Virus record (IMG/VR): IMGVR_UViG_3300006045_000004
Location: 1 to 26,179 of that record
Reading direction: 5' to 3' (one strand)
Origin: a virus
DNA: 26,179 nt
Part shown: positions 1-10,076 of the stretch, piece after piece
Layout of the letters: each line of letters opens with the position of its first letter
How positions within the stretch are numbered: the stretch's first letter is position 1
The notes under the pieces: model-generated
What the model saw: only the letters and a program-made list of their open reading frames with translations
Databases searched by the model: none
Told to the model about the DNA's origin: nothing
Program-made: the position numbers and the translations under genes

Positions 1-253
1 TTACAGTATCAATTATATCATCACTATTATTATCAACTACTTTTTCATATGGCACTTCAAATATAAAATTTTTTATTCCTTGATTATCTATAAGGTAATG
101 TTTTAATAATTTATTATTATCTGGGTCATAAAATCTAATATTCTTTAAATCAGGTCTTAAATATTCACTCGCATAACTTTGAAATTCAGTCATCTTATCA
201 AATAAAACTTTTTCTCCATTTATACCATTTTGAATATAAACACTTTCATCCAT
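1..253 (-). CDS. DUF2341-like domain protein, putative tail adhesin/fibre component; truncated at window edge and absent from the ORF track
   Basis: ATG at 253 with GAGGAGG upstream; frame open to base 1: MDESVYIQNG...RPDLKNIRFYDPDNNKLLKHYLID...FIFEVP, resembling the DUF2341 'D..DIRF.D....LL.yw.......vkvP' motif. Confidence 0.75.
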   Translation of the reverse strand, partial: MDESVYIQNGINGEKVLFDKMTEFQSYASEYLRPDLKNIRFYDPDNNKLLKHYLIDNQGIKNFIFEVPYEKVVDNNSDDIIDTV

Positions 254-254
254 A

Positions 255-2222
255 CTAAACTTCCTCCTCAAAATTTAAAACATTACTTGGTAACACAGTA
301 GCTTCTGGAATATTCCATAAACGAGCATAAAATACTTTTTTCTGTAACAACTTATCTCCAATATCATTATCAGTTAAAGAACCAATTTTAACATTATTAC
401 TATCATAAAAATCTATAAACGAAGCATTAACACCACTATTATTAACAATACTTAATGGATATTGAGTGTCAAATTCAGTAATATCAATTAACACACTTTC
501 ATATCTTTTTTCTGGCATTGTATAGAAAGCTCTTCCTTGAACAACATAAACTACACCTTGTACATCAGCAGAACCACCTGAATGAGTAATATTAAATACT
601 ATTTGTGATGAATTATTAGTTTGTTTTATATTGTTAATGTTAGTACATTGTTTATCACGGAAAACATAATTTCTTTGTTGTATATCGCCTGTATTCCATT
701 GTGTATCCCATGAAGATAAACTTGAATCTGTACTTGATAATGTATATCCAATAAAGCTTGTGTTATTTTTTGTTTGTAAAGGTGTACTTGCAGAACTTCT
801 AATAAATACAGGATTAAAATTAAATTGTTTAACATTTCCATTCGCATTTATACCCATATTATAACCAAAATCAAAACCAAGATTATCAAAACTTCCAGAA
901 TCTTTATAATACCTAACACTACAATATGGTGAAATAGCTTGATTAACAATATTACCAATAGTACCTATTTGTCCTCCAGTAGCACAACTAAGCAAATACA
1001 TATTTATTGGTGCACCATACCATTCTGAACTAAGTAAAGTTCCAGAAGAACAATTTGCAGTAGCAAAATATCCCTTAGCTATACTTAAATCAACAAACCC
1101 ATTTCCTGCGTTTGGATGTTTATATCCAGTATCATATAAATATGAAGGATAATATTTCGTATTAGTTCCTTTATTAAACATTATGCTTTTAATATAAAAT
1201 GGTGTTCCTCCAAGTGCTGTATTTGCATTTACTTGGAAATACATATAAGGATTTGTTGTATCCATATTAACTGATACACTTATTCTTTGCCAATCACCAG
1301 TACCTGTAAATCCAACAGCATTAGAACCACTACTTGCAGTTCTACTTGCAGCTAATGGCACAACTCCTAAACTTCCTATTTTTCCACTTGGATATTTTAT
1401 ATCCATTGATAATGTGTAAACTCCATTTTCACTACTATTAGCAACATATTTCATGCAGGGTGGTTGAGCCCATCCTGTATCTGCATCTCGCTTAGTACGA
1501 GATTGGTTATCATAATTCCATAAATAAAGATTTTCAACAGCTGCATTTTGTGATTGTGTTAATTGGTAACATTTGTCTCCATTGTGAGTTGTTACACTCA
1601 TATAGCTTGTTGCTGGTTGCCATGTTGTTCCACTATGCCTGAACATATTATCACTTACAGCTAATTTAACATCATTTCCATACATTTCGCTTAATAAGTT
1701 TTCTGGTGTTTCAGAAAATTCTGAATTCAATACTGATAAGCTTTTAGGTTGATAAGATTCTCCCTCATCTTTATAAGTTACTTTAAAATCATTTTCTTGT
1801 AATGTGTAATAATCATCTAATATAAAATCACAATCTTGAATATTTAAGTTTTCAAAATTTATTGTATTTAAACTAATTGTTTGAAGTGGTGTACTAAGAG
1901 ACATAATCAAATTCATCCAACTTGATAAATCATTCATTATATCTTGTTTTTGAACACCTAAACTTGGTTCAAATCCATCATCATATTCAAATCTAAACAA
2001 ATACCAATTATTATTTCGTGATACAGCAAAATATTTATAATCACAAAAAGCAAAAATTCCTTCACTATTATTAGAACTTGTTATAGAGACTATTTTTTCT
2101 CCAACAACATTTTGTGACAAAGTTTCTGTTATTAAATTTGTTGCTACTTTAAATTTTACCTTAGCCATTATATCTAATGATTTAGTTACATTTTTTTGTT
2201 CAAACATTATTATTTTGCTCAT
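255..2222 (-). CDS. Putative tail adhesin / receptor-binding protein (~655 aa) with a CBM-like jelly-roll segment
   Basis: Start more likely ATG 2222 (MSKII; ATGA overlap with upstream stop) than 2240; central 'YTLSMDIK...GDWQRISVSV...FYIKSIMFNKG...YYPS' resembles carbohydrate-binding-like modules of phage tail proteins; beta-rich S/T/N/G composition. Confidence 0.6.
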   Translation of the reverse strand: MSKIIMFEQKNVTKSLDIMAKVKFKVATNLITETLSQNVVGEKIVSITSSNNSEGIFAFCDYKYFAVSRNNNWYLFRFEYDDGFEPSLGVQKQDIMNDLSSWMNLIMSLSTPLQTISLNTINFENLNIQDCDFILDDYYTLQENDFKVTYKDEGESYQPKSLSVLNSEFSETPENLLSEMYGNDVKLAVSDNMFRHSGTTWQPATSYMSVTTHNGDKCYQLTQSQNAAVENLYLWNYDNQSRTKRDADTGWAQPPCMKYVANSSENGVYTLSMDIKYPSGKIGSLGVVPLAASRTASSGSNAVGFTGTGDWQRISVSVNMDTTNPYMYFQVNANTALGGTPFYIKSIMFNKGTNTKYYPSYLYDTGYKHPNAGNGFVDLSIAKGYFATANCSSGTLLSSEWYGAPINMYLLSCATGGQIGTIGNIVNQAISPYCSVRYYKDSGSFDNLGFDFGYNMGINANGNVKQFNFNPVFIRSSASTPLQTKNNTSFIGYTLSSTDSSLSSWDTQWNTGDIQQRNYVFRDKQCTNINNIKQTNNSSQIVFNITHSGGSADVQGVVYVVQGRAFYTMPEKRYESVLIDITEFDTQYPLSIVNNSGVNASFIDFYDSNNVKIGSLTDNDIGDKLLQKKVFYARLWNIPEATVLPSNVLNFEEEV

Positions 2223-3580
2223 TCTACCACCACAGTCCAATTAGATAAAGTTGAATATCTATTTTTAAAATTATTACCTATTTGTAAGCTTGATGCATAA
2301 ATTTTCAAATCTGATGTATTAGGACTTGAGTAAAATGGAGTATTGTTTGGTGTATAAATTGATTTTCCAGACCAATCAACATTTCCAATTATAATCTTTT
2401 CTAAAACTTGACCACCATTCATAAAATTATAATTATCACCAGTAGCATTAACAAGTCCACTTAAATTAATAGTTTTTAAATCATAACAAGCTTCTAAACA
2501 TCTTGTACCAATATCAGTTACATTAACAAATCCACTAAAATCTATTTCTTCTACACCATAAAAATGTCTGCACATATAATAAAGAGTTGTTGTAGCACTA
2601 TAATTATTTCCAAATTTAATTTTTTTTATAGTATTTAAAGGTATTGGGTTATTATTTATGATAACATCTTGTGCATTTTGATTATTAACTTGAAAATTTG
2701 TTACTGGTGTTGTATTTGGTTCTATCTCTATCTTTGTTCCATCAAATAATTGTATATAAGAATCATAATTTTCTATTGTTATATAAAAATTATTTTCATT
2801 AAAAAGTTTGTTAAATATATTAATTTCAGCTAAATTACCTATAATTGAATTATCTTCTTCTTTTTTAAATAATATATCACCATTATCATTACCTGTATAT
2901 TTTTTAATATTAATTGGATATGTTGTTATATTTGAATTAAAATTACTCATATTATATATTTTTCCTAATTCAATATCCATTTCAACATCTTCAAGAACAT
3001 TATATATTATTGGTTCAACATCTGATGGTATTTCTTCTAAATTAATTATATCTTCGTTATTATATTCATCTTCTTTTATCCAATAGTCATCTGGGTCTTG
3101 TTGTTTGATAGTCATGTTTTCTGGTTTTCTTGGAGATATTACTTCTCCACCAGGGGTTATTTCTTTTTGAAGAAATTCTATTTTTAAATTTCCATCAACA
3201 ATAGTAACTTGATATTCTGGAGTTTTTTCAATAACAGCTTCATTCATATCAGCTTTAAATAAGAAAACACTATTATCATTAGGATATGTGTATGATTTTG
3301 GAAGAATATGTAATATTATTTGTGTTGATGTTGTAAAAAATGGTAATTTAATATAATAATAATCATAATAAAGATTATGAGGTAATAATGTTTTCTTTTC
3401 ATCATCAAGTGTAAATCTTATATTTGAATATGTTTGATTTAATTCTTCATCTATGTTTTCTGTTATGTCTGATTTTTTTATTTTTATTGTTATTTTTCCA
3501 GAACCTGTTTGTGGGTTTGGATTATTTAGTGTTAATGTGTATTCTTTGTGTAGACATTGAAGTAATTCATTTATATCCAT
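2219..3580 (-). CDS. DUF2341-like N-terminus plus C-terminal BspA-type leucine-rich repeats; putative adhesin
   Basis: N-term 'YSNIRFTLDDEKKTLLPH...YYIKLP'; C-term LRR-like 'VEEIDFSGFVNVTDIGTRCLEACYDLKTINLSGLVNAT...FMNGGQVLEKIII'. Confidence 0.65.
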   Translation of the reverse strand: MDINELLQCLHKEYTLTLNNPNPQTGSGKITIKIKKSDITENIDEELNQTYSNIRFTLDDEKKTLLPHNLYYDYYYIKLPFFTTSTQIILHILPKSYTYPNDNSVFLFKADMNEAVIEKTPEYQVTIVDGNLKIEFLQKEITPGGEVISPRKPENMTIKQQDPDDYWIKEDEYNNEDIINLEEIPSDVEPIIYNVLEDVEMDIELGKIYNMSNFNSNITTYPINIKKYTGNDNGDILFKKEEDNSIIGNLAEINIFNKLFNENNFYITIENYDSYIQLFDGTKIEIEPNTTPVTNFQVNNQNAQDVIINNNPIPLNTIKKIKFGNNYSATTTLYYMCRHFYGVEEIDFSGFVNVTDIGTRCLEACYDLKTINLSGLVNATGDNYNFMNGGQVLEKIIIGNVDWSGKSIYTPNNTPFYSSPNTSDLKIYASSLQIGNNFKNRYSTLSNWTVVVE

Positions 3581-6084
3581 TATTTCACCATCAGGTTGTT
3601 TGTACTTGTTTTTCCGTCTAAAAATGTCATTATGTTCCAGAATCCTTTCTGTATTCCTGTTATTGTTATATTTTCTTCTATTGTGTCATCTGGTTCTAAT
3701 TCATTTATTACGATTTCGTTTCTATCTAATTCTAATTGACTTGATGCTAAAGTTTTTATTACTTTATTTTCTAACTTTACATCTCCAATATTTATTAGTT
3801 TAACTTTTAAATTTGCTGTTCCATCTATTTCAACTATTCTTGGGTTTATATCAGCAGATAATAAATATAATGGTAATTTTTTTCTATAATATATTATCAT
3901 TTTAGCATTAAATATTGTTACACTACTGTTTAATGCTGAATCATTATTAGTTATTCCTATTTGGAATCCAAAATCTTCATCTACTAATTGTTCTCTTGTA
4001 ATTCTTGCTTGATTAAATAAATCTTTTTTTCCACCAAATTTAAGTATTTGTCTTCTTGTTCCTATAATTTTAGACTGTTGACAAGGAACTTCTTCTATAT
4101 CACCATCTTTTGGTAATAATAACATAGTTCTTTCATCATCTTTTTTATTAGCATATCCATTATCAGCAATCACATCAACTAAAATTTCAACACCTTCAAT
4201 TTTAATATCATTTGGTAGGAAATTTAAATCAAATTTCATCAATATACTTTTAGACTTATATTTTTCATTCGTCACATAATTTCCATATTTTGCCCTAATT
4301 TGAGCATTACTATAATTATCACTATCACTCATAATATTATCTAAAAAACTCCACTCAACATTATCCTTAAAATCATTCTGAACAACACTTAATGGATATA
4401 TTGGTTCTGTTTCTGTGAAATAAATATCATAATTTGGTTCATTAGTTTCAGTCATTACAACTAACTCTTCAATAAATGGGTCAGTTGACTGTATTCTAAT
4501 TAAACTTGTATTATCATTATCTTTCAAAAAAGTTGAATTAATTTTATCTTCATTAAGAACATATTCACTCAAAAGTCTTCTTTCATACCAATAATCTTGT
4601 TCTACTGGGTATGGATAGTGTATTGGAAATGTTCTTATTTCATCATCAATATCTATTTCTTTTTTATAATCTCTTCTTGGTAATCCATAAATTTTACCAA
4701 ACTTATCAAGATTAGGATTAATTAAAAATCTTTCATCATCAGTTTCTTTTTCTTGTGGAAACCCTATTTGTATTGGATTATTTAATCCCCATAATTGTAC
4801 TTCTGCGATAAATTTTTCTACTGGAAATTGCTTTGTTATTCTATCATATACAATTTTATCTTTTTTTTGATATGATTTCTTCCATAAAGATTTCCATCCA
4901 TTTTCATTTGGATTAAATTTAAAATCATATAATCCATAAAGCTCTATACTTTTTAATGGTAAGAATGTAAGTGTTGATAATTTTATATTTTGTTCTACTG
5001 TAAATATTGGTTTTTCCATCTCTATTGTAATATTATATATATTATTAAATGATGAAATTATCTCCTCTTCACTTTCTATTTGTAATTCTATTTTATTTTT
5101 ATATAATGTTGAACTACTTGCATTATATTCATCTTCAAACCTATCAATTAAATTACTTGCAGGTATGTTTAAATTACGGTTTACATACCAAACATTATCT
5201 TTAATTATAGGGTTTTTAAAGTATTTTGCATCTCCTATGTTTATATATTTTTTTTCTTCATCATTATATAGATATAAGTATCCATCTTCTATATATGGCT
5301 CGTTTCTAACAAGTCCAATTACATAACTATTTCTATATTTTTGTGTTTCATTATCATAAACATACCAATAATCGTTTTCTATATACGGTTTTTTATTATT
5401 TTGCTCATAATTCGAATCAACAAATACTTCTTGTATAGCATCATAAACAAACCAATTTTCTTCTTCTATGTACGGATTTGGTGTTTGTGGAACTGCTGGT
5501 ATTTCTGTATTTATATCTATAAACCATGTTTTATTTTTAACATAAGGTTCGTTATTTGAAGCATTATATCCAGTATCTTCATAAGTTTCTGTTTCTATAT
5601 TGTATACTTGCCATTTATCATCTATTATTTTTTTTGCTTGTTGTTCTGTGTTTGTTTTTGATAGTTGTCCATCTATATATAATGCTGATAAGTTTAAATC
5701 ATATGTTATTTTGTCTGCTTTTATTTTTGGATTTATGTATTCTACTGTTTGTGTTCCGTTTTTTAGTGTTAGGTTTTTTAAGTAGTTGTCTGGATGTCCT
5801 TTTTGAATTTCAATGGTTATTTTTCCTCTTGTTGGATATTTTGTTATTGGTAGTTGTATTGATTGGTTTATTGTTTCAAATGTTCTTTTTATGATTTTGT
5901 TTTCTTCTCTTAGTGCTTCTTTCCAACATTGTACTGGTTGTTCTATTCTGTTTGTTATTAGTTCGTATATGTATTTAAATTCCTGGTCTCCACTATATTC
6001 GTTAATTATTTTAATTAATAAATCTTCAGACCACCATAATGGTAAACTATGGTCAATACTATATCCTATGTTACTATTAAGCAC
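3580..6084 (-). CDS. Large baseplate wedge / tail-fibre attachment protein (834 aa) with internal aromatic repeats
   Basis: Long ORF (GTG start) directly after J-like and gp25-like genes; 'LDKFGKIYGLPRR' resembles the wedge (gpI-like) motif; product inferred mainly from context. Confidence 0.55.
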   Translation of the reverse strand: MLNSNIGYSIDHSLPLWWSEDLLIKIINEYSGDQEFKYIYELITNRIEQPVQCWKEALREENKIIKRTFETINQSIQLPITKYPTRGKITIEIQKGHPDNYLKNLTLKNGTQTVEYINPKIKADKITYDLNLSALYIDGQLSKTNTEQQAKKIIDDKWQVYNIETETYEDTGYNASNNEPYVKNKTWFIDINTEIPAVPQTPNPYIEEENWFVYDAIQEVFVDSNYEQNNKKPYIENDYWYVYDNETQKYRNSYVIGLVRNEPYIEDGYLYLYNDEEKKYINIGDAKYFKNPIIKDNVWYVNRNLNIPASNLIDRFEDEYNASSSTLYKNKIELQIESEEEIISSFNNIYNITIEMEKPIFTVEQNIKLSTLTFLPLKSIELYGLYDFKFNPNENGWKSLWKKSYQKKDKIVYDRITKQFPVEKFIAEVQLWGLNNPIQIGFPQEKETDDERFLINPNLDKFGKIYGLPRRDYKKEIDIDDEIRTFPIHYPYPVEQDYWYERRLLSEYVLNEDKINSTFLKDNDNTSLIRIQSTDPFIEELVVMTETNEPNYDIYFTETEPIYPLSVVQNDFKDNVEWSFLDNIMSDSDNYSNAQIRAKYGNYVTNEKYKSKSILMKFDLNFLPNDIKIEGVEILVDVIADNGYANKKDDERTMLLLPKDGDIEEVPCQQSKIIGTRRQILKFGGKKDLFNQARITREQLVDEDFGFQIGITNNDSALNSSVTIFNAKMIIYYRKKLPLYLLSADINPRIVEIDGTANLKVKLINIGDVKLENKVIKTLASSQLELDRNEIVINELEPDDTIEENITITGIQKGFWNIMTFLDGKTSTNNLMVK
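5150..5630 (-). repeat. About six degenerate protein repeats of the form PYI..(d/n).W.(V/L)Y(D/N)......Y in the 834-aa protein
   Basis: IIDDKWQVYNIETETYEDTG; EPYVKNKTWFID; NPYIEEENWFVYDAIQEVFVDS; KPYIENDYWYVYDNETQKYRNS; EPYIEDGYLYLYNDEEKKYINIG; NPIIKDNVWYVN. Confidence 0.8.
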
Positions 6085-6086
6085 TT

Positions 6087-6539
6087 TTAAACACCTCTAC
6101 TAATAATGTTTGGTTTTTCTCTTGTTGTGAATGAATTTATTATATCCATTGCTATATGACTTACACCAGTAAATCTTCCATATATACTATCTACATCTAC
6201 TTCTATCTTAACATAAGCTCTACCATAAGGTATTACTCTTATTTTTGTAAATAAATTCACTTCTTCATATTTATCTTGTATATCTCTGATATGAGATTCT
6301 GCTTCTCTAAGTAACAATCCGTCTAATGGAGAACCTAAAAGATTCCATATTCTACAACCATAAGTTTCAAGACCTACACCATCTATAACACCATAAGGGG
6401 TTTTTATTTCTCCTTCTATAGCTTGCCAAAGTGCTTCTGCATCTGATATCATTTCTATATCATCTTTATCAACTGTGGTCTTTTCCCAAAAACCATCATA
6501 CATATCAGTTCTTAGGTCTTGTATATCTCCTTCTGGCAT
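6087..6539 (-). CDS. Baseplate gp25/gpW-like sheath-initiator protein
   Basis: 150 aa; 'EALWQAIEGEIKTPYG...YGCRIWNLLG...LREAESHI' fits the gp25/gp46 pattern; adjacent to baseplate J. Confidence 0.75.
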   Translation of the reverse strand: MPEGDIQDLRTDMYDGFWEKTTVDKDDIEMISDAEALWQAIEGEIKTPYGVIDGVGLETYGCRIWNLLGSPLDGLLLREAESHIRDIQDKYEEVNLFTKIRVIPYGRAYVKIEVDVDSIYGRFTGVSHIAMDIINSFTTREKPNIISRGV

Positions 6540-6540
6540 T

Positions 6541-7677
6541 TTAATAACCTTCGTAATTTAATTTTGTAGTTACTTTATTAGGGTATAAATTTTCTGATAC
6601 TCCAACAACAATATGTTTATCATCTATTGTTAAGTCGTCATTGGTTATTTTAATATTAAAATCTAATACTTTAAATTCACTTGGAATTGAGTATTGTATT
6701 GATGATTTTAAATCATTTAATGATAAAGATTTTCCTACCATCATTCCTATTCCAAAATAATCTTGTATATTGTCTTCTATAAATTTATAAAGTTCTTGTG
6801 ATTCTCCATATGTTATATTTTTTTCTCCAGTTAATAATATTTCAATTAAAAAATTTACATATAATCTTTCAACTTTTTGGAATCTATAATTTATTCCAGC
6901 TATTCTATTATAGTTTAATTCAGTTTTAATATCTTCATATTCAAATTCATTTGGAATATCTAAAGCTAATAATACACTTCCATAACCATCATAATATTCA
7001 ACTATTTTATAAAATCTTTTTGTTAGTCCAAGTTCTTCTATTTGATTTTCTATATCTCTTTCTGTTCCTTCTCTTAAATATCTCCATGAAGTAGATAACG
7101 CTCTTTCTCTTGCACTTTCAAGAGATTCGTCATCTCTTCCACTCCAAGCACTTTTTGGATTTGTTACTGATATATCTGCTCTATATTCTGATTCAACAAG
7201 ATATACAAGAGTATCTTCATCTATATTATAAGCTGAACCAACTTCTGTACAATAAGCAAGAACTTTTGCTTTTTTAGTACCTTTCCACATATAAAGGTCT
7301 TCAACTGTTTCAAAAATTACTGGGTCTGAACCAAGAGTAGATACTGTAAATCCTGCTGGTATTACAATATTATCATTAAAAGTTGGGTCTCTTGTAAATT
7401 CAAGAACCACTTTTGCATTTGAAGCTATTCTTATTGATATATATGGTTTTAATAGTGATTCTAATAACGCTTCATCTGTTACCGTTTCAAGAGTAAATTG
7501 TGAAACATATTCATTCATTATACTTATTAAACTTTCAAATTGTCTTGCAAAAACAGCAAACAGTAATCCAATCCTTCCTCCTTCAAATCTTCTACTTAGA
7601 AGTCCAACTTCTATTGCTGATGTGAAAAGGGCTGTCAGAATTTCTTCTTCTGACATATACATCTCACTCATAACCAT
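6541..7677 (-). CDS. Baseplate J-like wedge protein
   Basis: 378 aa; 'IVIPAGFTVST...FETVED...AYCTEVGSAYNI...VTNPKSAWSGRDDESLESARER' is typical of Baseplate_J; GGAGAG upstream. Confidence 0.9.
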   Translation of the reverse strand: MVMSEMYMSEEEILTALFTSAIEVGLLSRRFEGGRIGLLFAVFARQFESLISIMNEYVSQFTLETVTDEALLESLLKPYISIRIASNAKVVLEFTRDPTFNDNIVIPAGFTVSTLGSDPVIFETVEDLYMWKGTKKAKVLAYCTEVGSAYNIDEDTLVYLVESEYRADISVTNPKSAWSGRDDESLESARERALSTSWRYLREGTERDIENQIEELGLTKRFYKIVEYYDGYGSVLLALDIPNEFEYEDIKTELNYNRIAGINYRFQKVERLYVNFLIEILLTGEKNITYGESQELYKFIEDNIQDYFGIGMMVGKSLSLNDLKSSIQYSIPSEFKVLDFNIKITNDDLTIDDKHIVVGVSENLYPNKVTTKLNYEGY

Positions 7678-7694
7678 TTATATCTCTCCCATTA

Positions 7695-8726
7695 TTATAA
7701 TTTTGTTACAATACAAATTGAAGGTTGGCTTATGCCTCTCATATATTGTTCTGCTGTTGCAAAAGACCTTGTTTCAATCCATCCACCAGACAAACTGTTT
7801 GCAACTATTACTTGTTTCTTATTTAAGCAAATACCTGTAAAGTATTCGTAATGACCCCAATTAGGGTTATTCTTATATAAACAATGTGTAAAGAATGATT
7901 TCTTTGGGTTTTTAATTATATTATTCAAACCTTCCCATTTAACACTTGAAAAATTTTTCCATTCAATTTTAAGCTTTCCACCAAACTTATGAACTAAAGT
8001 AGTTAAAGCTTTATCAAGACCAGAATGACCTGTTCCACTTGTAGTAGTTCCAGCAATATTAGCTATTTCTTTTTCAGAATAATATTTACCCCATAATTCA
8101 TAAATAACTTGTTGAAGACAATTTGGACCACACCAATAATTAGTTTCTTGATGGATATAATCCTTGAGATACTTAGCTACATACATACAAGTTTGAGATG
8201 ATGTTGAAGCTGGTGGAACTGGAGCTGTTGGAGGATTTACATATACACCATCTGCATATGTTCCTTTAGCAGTTTTCCATCTTTCCATTCTTTCAAGCAT
8301 ATTTTTATATCTTGCATAAGTAACATATTCTCTTTTTGTACCATCAATATAAACTGTTGATGGTGCCGAACCATTAGTTTTTACCCAATTTTCAACTCTT
8401 TTTTTCATATCTAAAAATGTTGTTTTTGGTATAAATTTTGTTGTTCCACTTATATTACTTAAAGTTTGAGTAATATTAGTTGTTGTAGTTGTTGTAACTG
8501 GAGTTATAGCTCTTTTATAAGCTTTTTCTGTTTCATTACCCCATACACCATCTACAGCACATGTACTACAATAATATCCTTGTGTTTTAGCCCATGATTG
8601 GAATTTTTTTGTTGCATCTCTGCTAAATTGACCCCAATCACCATCTACATTTTTAGTGTACCATCCTTTGTTTTTTAAGAATGTTTGTCTTTCTTTTTTT
8701 TGTGCTAACGCTAATGTGTTTATCAT
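7695..8726 (-). CDS. Endolysin, putative pseudomurein endoisopeptidase (PG-binding-like domain + two pseudomurein-binding repeats + C39-like peptidase; PeiR-like catalytic type)
   Basis: N-term 'QTFLKNKGWY...VDGDWGQFSRDATKKFQ' and 'VDGVWGNETEKA'; Thr linker; PMBR-like 'FLDMKKRVENWVKTNGSAPSTVYI' and 'YKNMLERMERWKTAKGTYADGVYV'; catalytic 'QETNYWCGP...WGHYE...VANS'; follows three membrane-protein genes. Confidence 0.85.
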   Translation of the reverse strand: MINTLALAQKKERQTFLKNKGWYTKNVDGDWGQFSRDATKKFQSWAKTQGYYCSTCAVDGVWGNETEKAYKRAITPVTTTTTTNITQTLSNISGTTKFIPKTTFLDMKKRVENWVKTNGSAPSTVYIDGTKREYVTYARYKNMLERMERWKTAKGTYADGVYVNPPTAPVPPASTSSQTCMYVAKYLKDYIHQETNYWCGPNCLQQVIYELWGKYYSEKEIANIAGTTTSGTGHSGLDKALTTLVHKFGGKLKIEWKNFSSVKWEGLNNIIKNPKKSFFTHCLYKNNPNWGHYEYFTGICLNKKQVIVANSLSGGWIETRSFATAEQYMRGISQPSICIVTKL

Positions 8727-9202
8727 AATTTCTTACCTCTATTTAATGTTTCTTTTACATAATTTCTTTTATTATCATCAATACTTTTTATTTCATCTGC
8801 GATTTCAGGACTTATATTAGGTAAAATTATATTATTTCTTTCAGCTATACCCCATACATCTTTAGCCCAAATTTTAAGTTTTTTATATCTTCTTCCACAA
8901 TCACTTAACTTTCTAAGCTCTCCTTTAATCTTCTCCATATCAATTTGTAATTCATGAATAACATTTATCGCATCTTCATATTTTTTATTCGTTTCTTCAA
9001 ATTTTCTCTTATTTTCATCAGAACTCTTTTTATATTCTTCACTTAATTCTCTGTAAGAGTCTTTTATACTTTTAAATTCATCAACCTTTTCACCAGTTGT
9101 TTTAGGTTTTAAACGGTCAAATAAAAAACCTCCAACAGCACTAATTAAAGCAACAATAATTAAAGGAGCTCCAGTAATTAAAACTTCTACTAAATCCACC
9201 AT
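8723..9202 (-). CDS. Membrane protein with one N-terminal TM helix and a coiled coil; holin-like lysis-cassette component
   Basis: Hydrophobic 'VLITGAPLIIVALISAVGGFLF' then charged heptads; ATGA overlap with the endolysin. Confidence 0.6.
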   Translation of the reverse strand: MVDLVEVLITGAPLIIVALISAVGGFLFDRLKPKTTGEKVDEFKSIKDSYRELSEEYKKSSDENKRKFEETNKKYEDAINVIHELQIDMEKIKGELRKLSDCGRRYKKLKIWAKDVWGIAERNNIILPNISPEIADEIKSIDDNKRNYVKETLNRGKKL

Positions 9203-9640
9203 CTATAATCCCTTCCTTATGAATAATTTAAGATAAAAAACTCTTAAAAGAATTATAATTGTTCCCAATATTCCAAAACTAATTCTAAATATAATCCCAC
9301 CTTCAATAGTGAAAAATAATAACATAATAGTTTGAATTATAGTAACTGATAAAAATACTAAAAATATTGAAACTGTGAAATTAAACTCACTTATTCTTTT
9401 TTTTGCCGCTATTAAATATATATTAGCTATTGCAAGTAATGGAATTAAACTATTTAATACAAGATAAAAACCATCCCATTTAGGAATTGTTTCTAATGTA
9501 ATGTTTTGAAATCCTAACGATACTAATGAAAAAACTACAAATATTATAGAATAAAATATCATATATTCATAATCTGTTATTTCTATAAATTTTTCAATCT
9601 CAGCAAGAGTACATGGTATTGTAAAATCTTGGTTTGACAT
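9203..9640 (-). CDS. Four-TM membrane protein, holin candidate (paralogue A)
   Basis: Four hydrophobic segments and a basic C-terminus; shares LG(F/Y)Q...P..D and TIEGGIIFR with the neighbour. Confidence 0.65.
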   Translation of the reverse strand: MSNQDFTIPCTLAEIEKFIEITDYEYMIFYSIIFVVFSLVSLGFQNITLETIPKWDGFYLVLNSLIPLLAIANIYLIAAKKRISEFNFTVSIFLVFLSVTIIQTIMLLFFTIEGGIIFRISFGILGTIIILLRVFYLKLFIRKGL

Positions 9641-9642
9641 AA

Positions 9643-10071
9643 TTATAATCCTTCCTTTATATCGATGTTTAAGAATTTTGTTCTGAAGAAAAGCATTACT
9701 GTGATAAATATATTAAAACTCATTCTAAATATTATTCCACCTTCAATTGTGTTAAATAATAAAACATATCCTTCTATGATAGTCCACATTGCGAAAAATA
9801 TTGCTAAAAAATTTGCATAAAAGTATGCTAAGCTTCTTTTTCTTAGTAGTATTAGTATTATTGCTACGAATGATACGACTGCTATTATTATGTTTGATAT
9901 TATGTAACTGATGTCGAATTGTGGAACTGTAGTTAATATTACATCTTGGTATCCTAATGATAGTAATATTGCATCTACGAGAATTATTATGTATAGAATT
10001 AAGTATAATCTATCTACAAGATTTACATATTCTCCTAAGCTTTCTATTCTTTGTTCAATTTCTTCAAACAT
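9643..10071 (-). CDS. Four-TM membrane protein, holin candidate (paralogue B)
   Basis: Four hydrophobic segments; paralogous to 9203-9640; AAAGGA upstream. Confidence 0.65.
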   Translation of the reverse strand: MFEEIEQRIESLGEYVNLVDRLYLILYIIILVDAILLSLGYQDVILTTVPQFDISYIISNIIIAVVSFVAIILILLRKRSLAYFYANFLAIFFAMWTIIEGYVLLFNTIEGGIIFRMSFNIFITVMLFFRTKFLNIDIKEGL

Positions 10072-10076
10072 TTTTT

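Noticed and set aside
7513-7525. 13-bp match (ATTCATTATACTT) to crossover site 1 inside baseplate J; other isolated TTCATTATA half-sites near 1933, 15818 and 17939
   Set aside because: The second arm and full spacer are missing; such matches are expected by chance in very AT-rich DNA.
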